19,243 nucleotides of DNA from Candidatus Hydrogenedentota bacterium (GTDB taxonomy: Bacteria; Hydrogenedentota; Hydrogenedentia; Hydrogenedentales; SLHB01), in assembly GCA_034408725.1 (NCBI GenBank), contig JAWXCN010000046.1, positions 1 to 19,243 on the forward strand, written 5' to 3'. The notes beneath the pieces are model-generated. The model was not told the DNA's origin. It was given only the letters and a program-made list of their open reading frames with translations, and did not search any database. Below, in pieces: positions 17,225 through 19,243 of this stretch (positions are counted from its first letter, which is position 1; each line of letters starts with the position of its first letter). A program made the translations under genes and the position numbers.

Positions 17225-17640
17225 AAAATGAGTCCTTTCGGAGTCGGGTAAGGCAAGCCGCCGTTTCTTATTTTGCTGGCACCGGTTTATCCTCGCGGGA
17301 TTACACAGCGCTACCGGTCAAGTTCGCGCGCCACATCAGCCGAATCTACAATTTTATACTACGACTTTGTGATGGCCGCGGCTATTCCATTTTGTCAGAT
17401 TCCTCGCAGTTGCGACAAAAGTGTAACAAAAAACATAGCCCGTGTCCGGCACATTTCTCCATCAAAGTGGGTATCCGCCAAAGGGTACCGCTTTGGCTGT
17501 CTATTAACAGATGGTCTGCCCCTTGCTCTGGTGCGCATGAAGTCTTCGCCCATAAACAGCCAAAGCGGTGTCTACGCTATCCGCTTCGCCACCGCAGTCC
17601 AAAATAGTCCTCAGCCTGTTGCAACCTTACTGCAAGGCGC

Positions 17641-19243
17641 TTATGGATGTTCTGATCGGAAGGGCGCGGCGGGTAAATTGGCTTTGTTGCACAAGTTTGC
17701 GCCGGGGTTGTCGGCCCACCCATAACGTACATGCCGCGGCGCAATCACCGCTTTGCTGCTCAGTACAACGTCGTCTTCTTCGATTCGCGCTTCTGCCCAG
17801 TGGAAGGCAGCGTCGTCGCCCGCAATCGCGAACCCGCGCGGGGTCGCGCCGTCCTGAGTTATCAGTCCGCCTTCGGCGTGGTTGAATCGCACGCGGACGT
17901 TGCTACCCTCGAGGCGCATCGATTCATACATGGGCCCATTCGCAACATTGTTTTCGCCGTATACAGTTGCGAGCGCGAGCAGCGCGAGACGCCGGCCGAC
18001 TTCCTGTTTGTTTCGTGGATGAACGGATTTTACATCGCCAATATCGGTTGCGACGGCCATGCCGGTATTTGGACCTGACAATGCGCGCGCCTGCGCTTCG
18101 CGCAATTCGGCGATTGCGGACGGTGCATTGGGGTCGGTGGCGACGGGATTAATGCCGGCCAATTGGACGAATAGAAATGGCAGATCGCCCTGTCGAAACC
18201 GCGATCGCCAATCGTTAATGAGCGCCGGAAAGAGGACTTCGTATTGGCGCGCGCGCCCGATATTGCTTTCGCCCTGGTACCAAATCACGCCGCGCACACT
18301 AAAGGGAACGATTGGAGCGATCATCGCGTTGAACAGCACGGCCGGGATTCGTTGATTGCCTTCGACGTAAACCGGCGGGACCGGTCTGGCGGGGGCTTTA
18401 CCGATTTCCATGCCCGGTTTGAACCTCCATTCCCCGGCAAGCGGAATCGAGTCGGCGCGGGCGCCGCCTTCAAGGTCGAGGTGCATGTCAGCCGGCGCTC
18501 CCATAAACCCGCCGACGTTTCCCATGTCGTAAACGCGCACCGCGACGACGTTCCGGCCTGCGCGCACTTTATCCGCGGAGATGGTATACGTGCGGGGAAG
18601 CGTGAAGCCGCCGCTCATTTCTTCAAACGAGCCAACCAACTCGCCGTTGAACCAGGCGCGGTGCATATCGTTCGCACCGGAGAGGTGCAGTTGCAGGGAC
18701 TTTCCCGCCCACGCCGCGGGCACTTCGACAACTTTGCGGTACCATGCGAATCCGTCCAGAGTTGGAAACCCCTGTTCTTCCCAATACCCCGGCGCATTCA
18801 CAGTCGCCCACGCGGCGTCATCCAGCGCGGGGTCCGCCCAATGCGGCTTGCCGTCGCTGTACCCTTCGTCGAACGAATCCAGTTGGATGGACCAGTTCCC
18901 GTAATCATTTTTGTAATCCGTCGCATGCTTGGCGGATTCCGCAATCAGTCTCGGCAGCATGTCCATGATCGGACGCCATTCCGATAGCGACCTGAGCGCG
19001 TCCTCGCTGACCCAGGCCTCGATGGGGGAAGCACCGTAAGAAGCGTTGATCAGGCCTATCGGCACATCAATGCCGGCTTGCACATCGCGACCAAAAAAAT
19101 AGCCCGCGGCGGAAAAGGTCTTCACGGTTTCCGGCGTACACGTTTCCCAATGCGCGTTGGCCAAGTCGGATTGCGGCGCAAAATTTGTTGCGCGCGGGAC
19201 AGTGAACAGGCGCATGCGCGGATGATTCGCCGCAGCCAACTCC
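17641..19243 (-). CDS. Sialate O-acetylesterase family protein (SGNH/SASA domain interrupted by a sugar-binding jelly-roll); 5' end lies outside the window
   Basis: FSAAGYFFGR, VPIGLINASYGASPIEAWVS, inserted LDGFAWYRKVV...GRNVVAVRVYD domain, LFNAMIAP...RGVIWYQGESN, LPFLFVQLA, DIGD..SVHPRNKQEVGRRL, VRYGWADNP, PFRS. Confidence 0.92.
   Translation of the reverse strand, partial: ELAAANHPRMRLFTVPRATNFAPQSDLANAHWETCTPETVKTFSAAGYFFGRDVQAGIDVPIGLINASYGASPIEAWVSEDALRSLSEWRPIMDMLPRLIAESAKHATDYKNDYGNWSIQLDSFDEGYSDGKPHWADPALDDAAWATVNAPGYWEEQGFPTLDGFAWYRKVVEVPAAWAGKSLQLHLSGANDMHRAWFNGELVGSFEEMSGGFTLPRTYTISADKVRAGRNVVAVRVYDMGNVGGFMGAPADMHLDLEGGARADSIPLAGEWRFKPGMEIGKAPARPVPPVYVEGNQRIPAVLFNAMIAPIVPFSVRGVIWYQGESNIGRARQYEVLFPALINDWRSRFRQGDLPFLFVQLAGINPVATDPNAPSAIAELREAQARALSGPNTGMAVATDIGDVKSVHPRNKQEVGRRLALLALATVYGENNVANGPMYESMRLEGSNVRVRFNHAEGGLITQDGATPRGFAIAGDDAAFHWAEARIEEDDVVLSSKAVIAPRHVRYGWADNPGANLCNKANLPAAPFRSEHP

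Noticed and set aside
17276-17292. Second sigma54 promoter (CTGGCACCGGTTTATCC, plus strand)
   Set aside because: The -24 half is present but the -12 GC is missing, and no credible plus-strand gene follows.

Overview
Bacterial chromosomal window of moderately high GC from a diderm organism; the style resembles Hydrogenedentota/PVC genomes, but that taxon guess is unverified. The housekeeping core is guaB-guaA (+) and argC-argJ-argB (-). Around it are an edge-truncated TolC-family gene, an orphan solute-binding lipoprotein, a secreted GH-like beta-propeller, an alpha/beta hydrolase, an aldehyde dehydrogenase, a DUF1801 protein, a secreted beta-propeller and an edge-truncated sialate O-acetylesterase. 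The best signals lie outside the supplied ORF track. (1) A self-contained sigma54 unit (perfect -24/-12 box, IHF-like site, TGT-N10-ACA enhancer, RBS, terminator) surrounds an unannotated 51-aa ORF at 8209-8364. (2) An AT-richer islet right after guaA holds two tandem HicB-like genes without any HicA, one fused to a second antitoxin-like domain, plus an unannotated 57-aa membrane ORF. (3) A ~190-bp MITE-like element overlaps a stop codon. (4) A low-GC secreted-protein gene sits between two diverged copies of the neighbouring gene's 5' end. All family calls come from motif recognition by eye; no searches were run.
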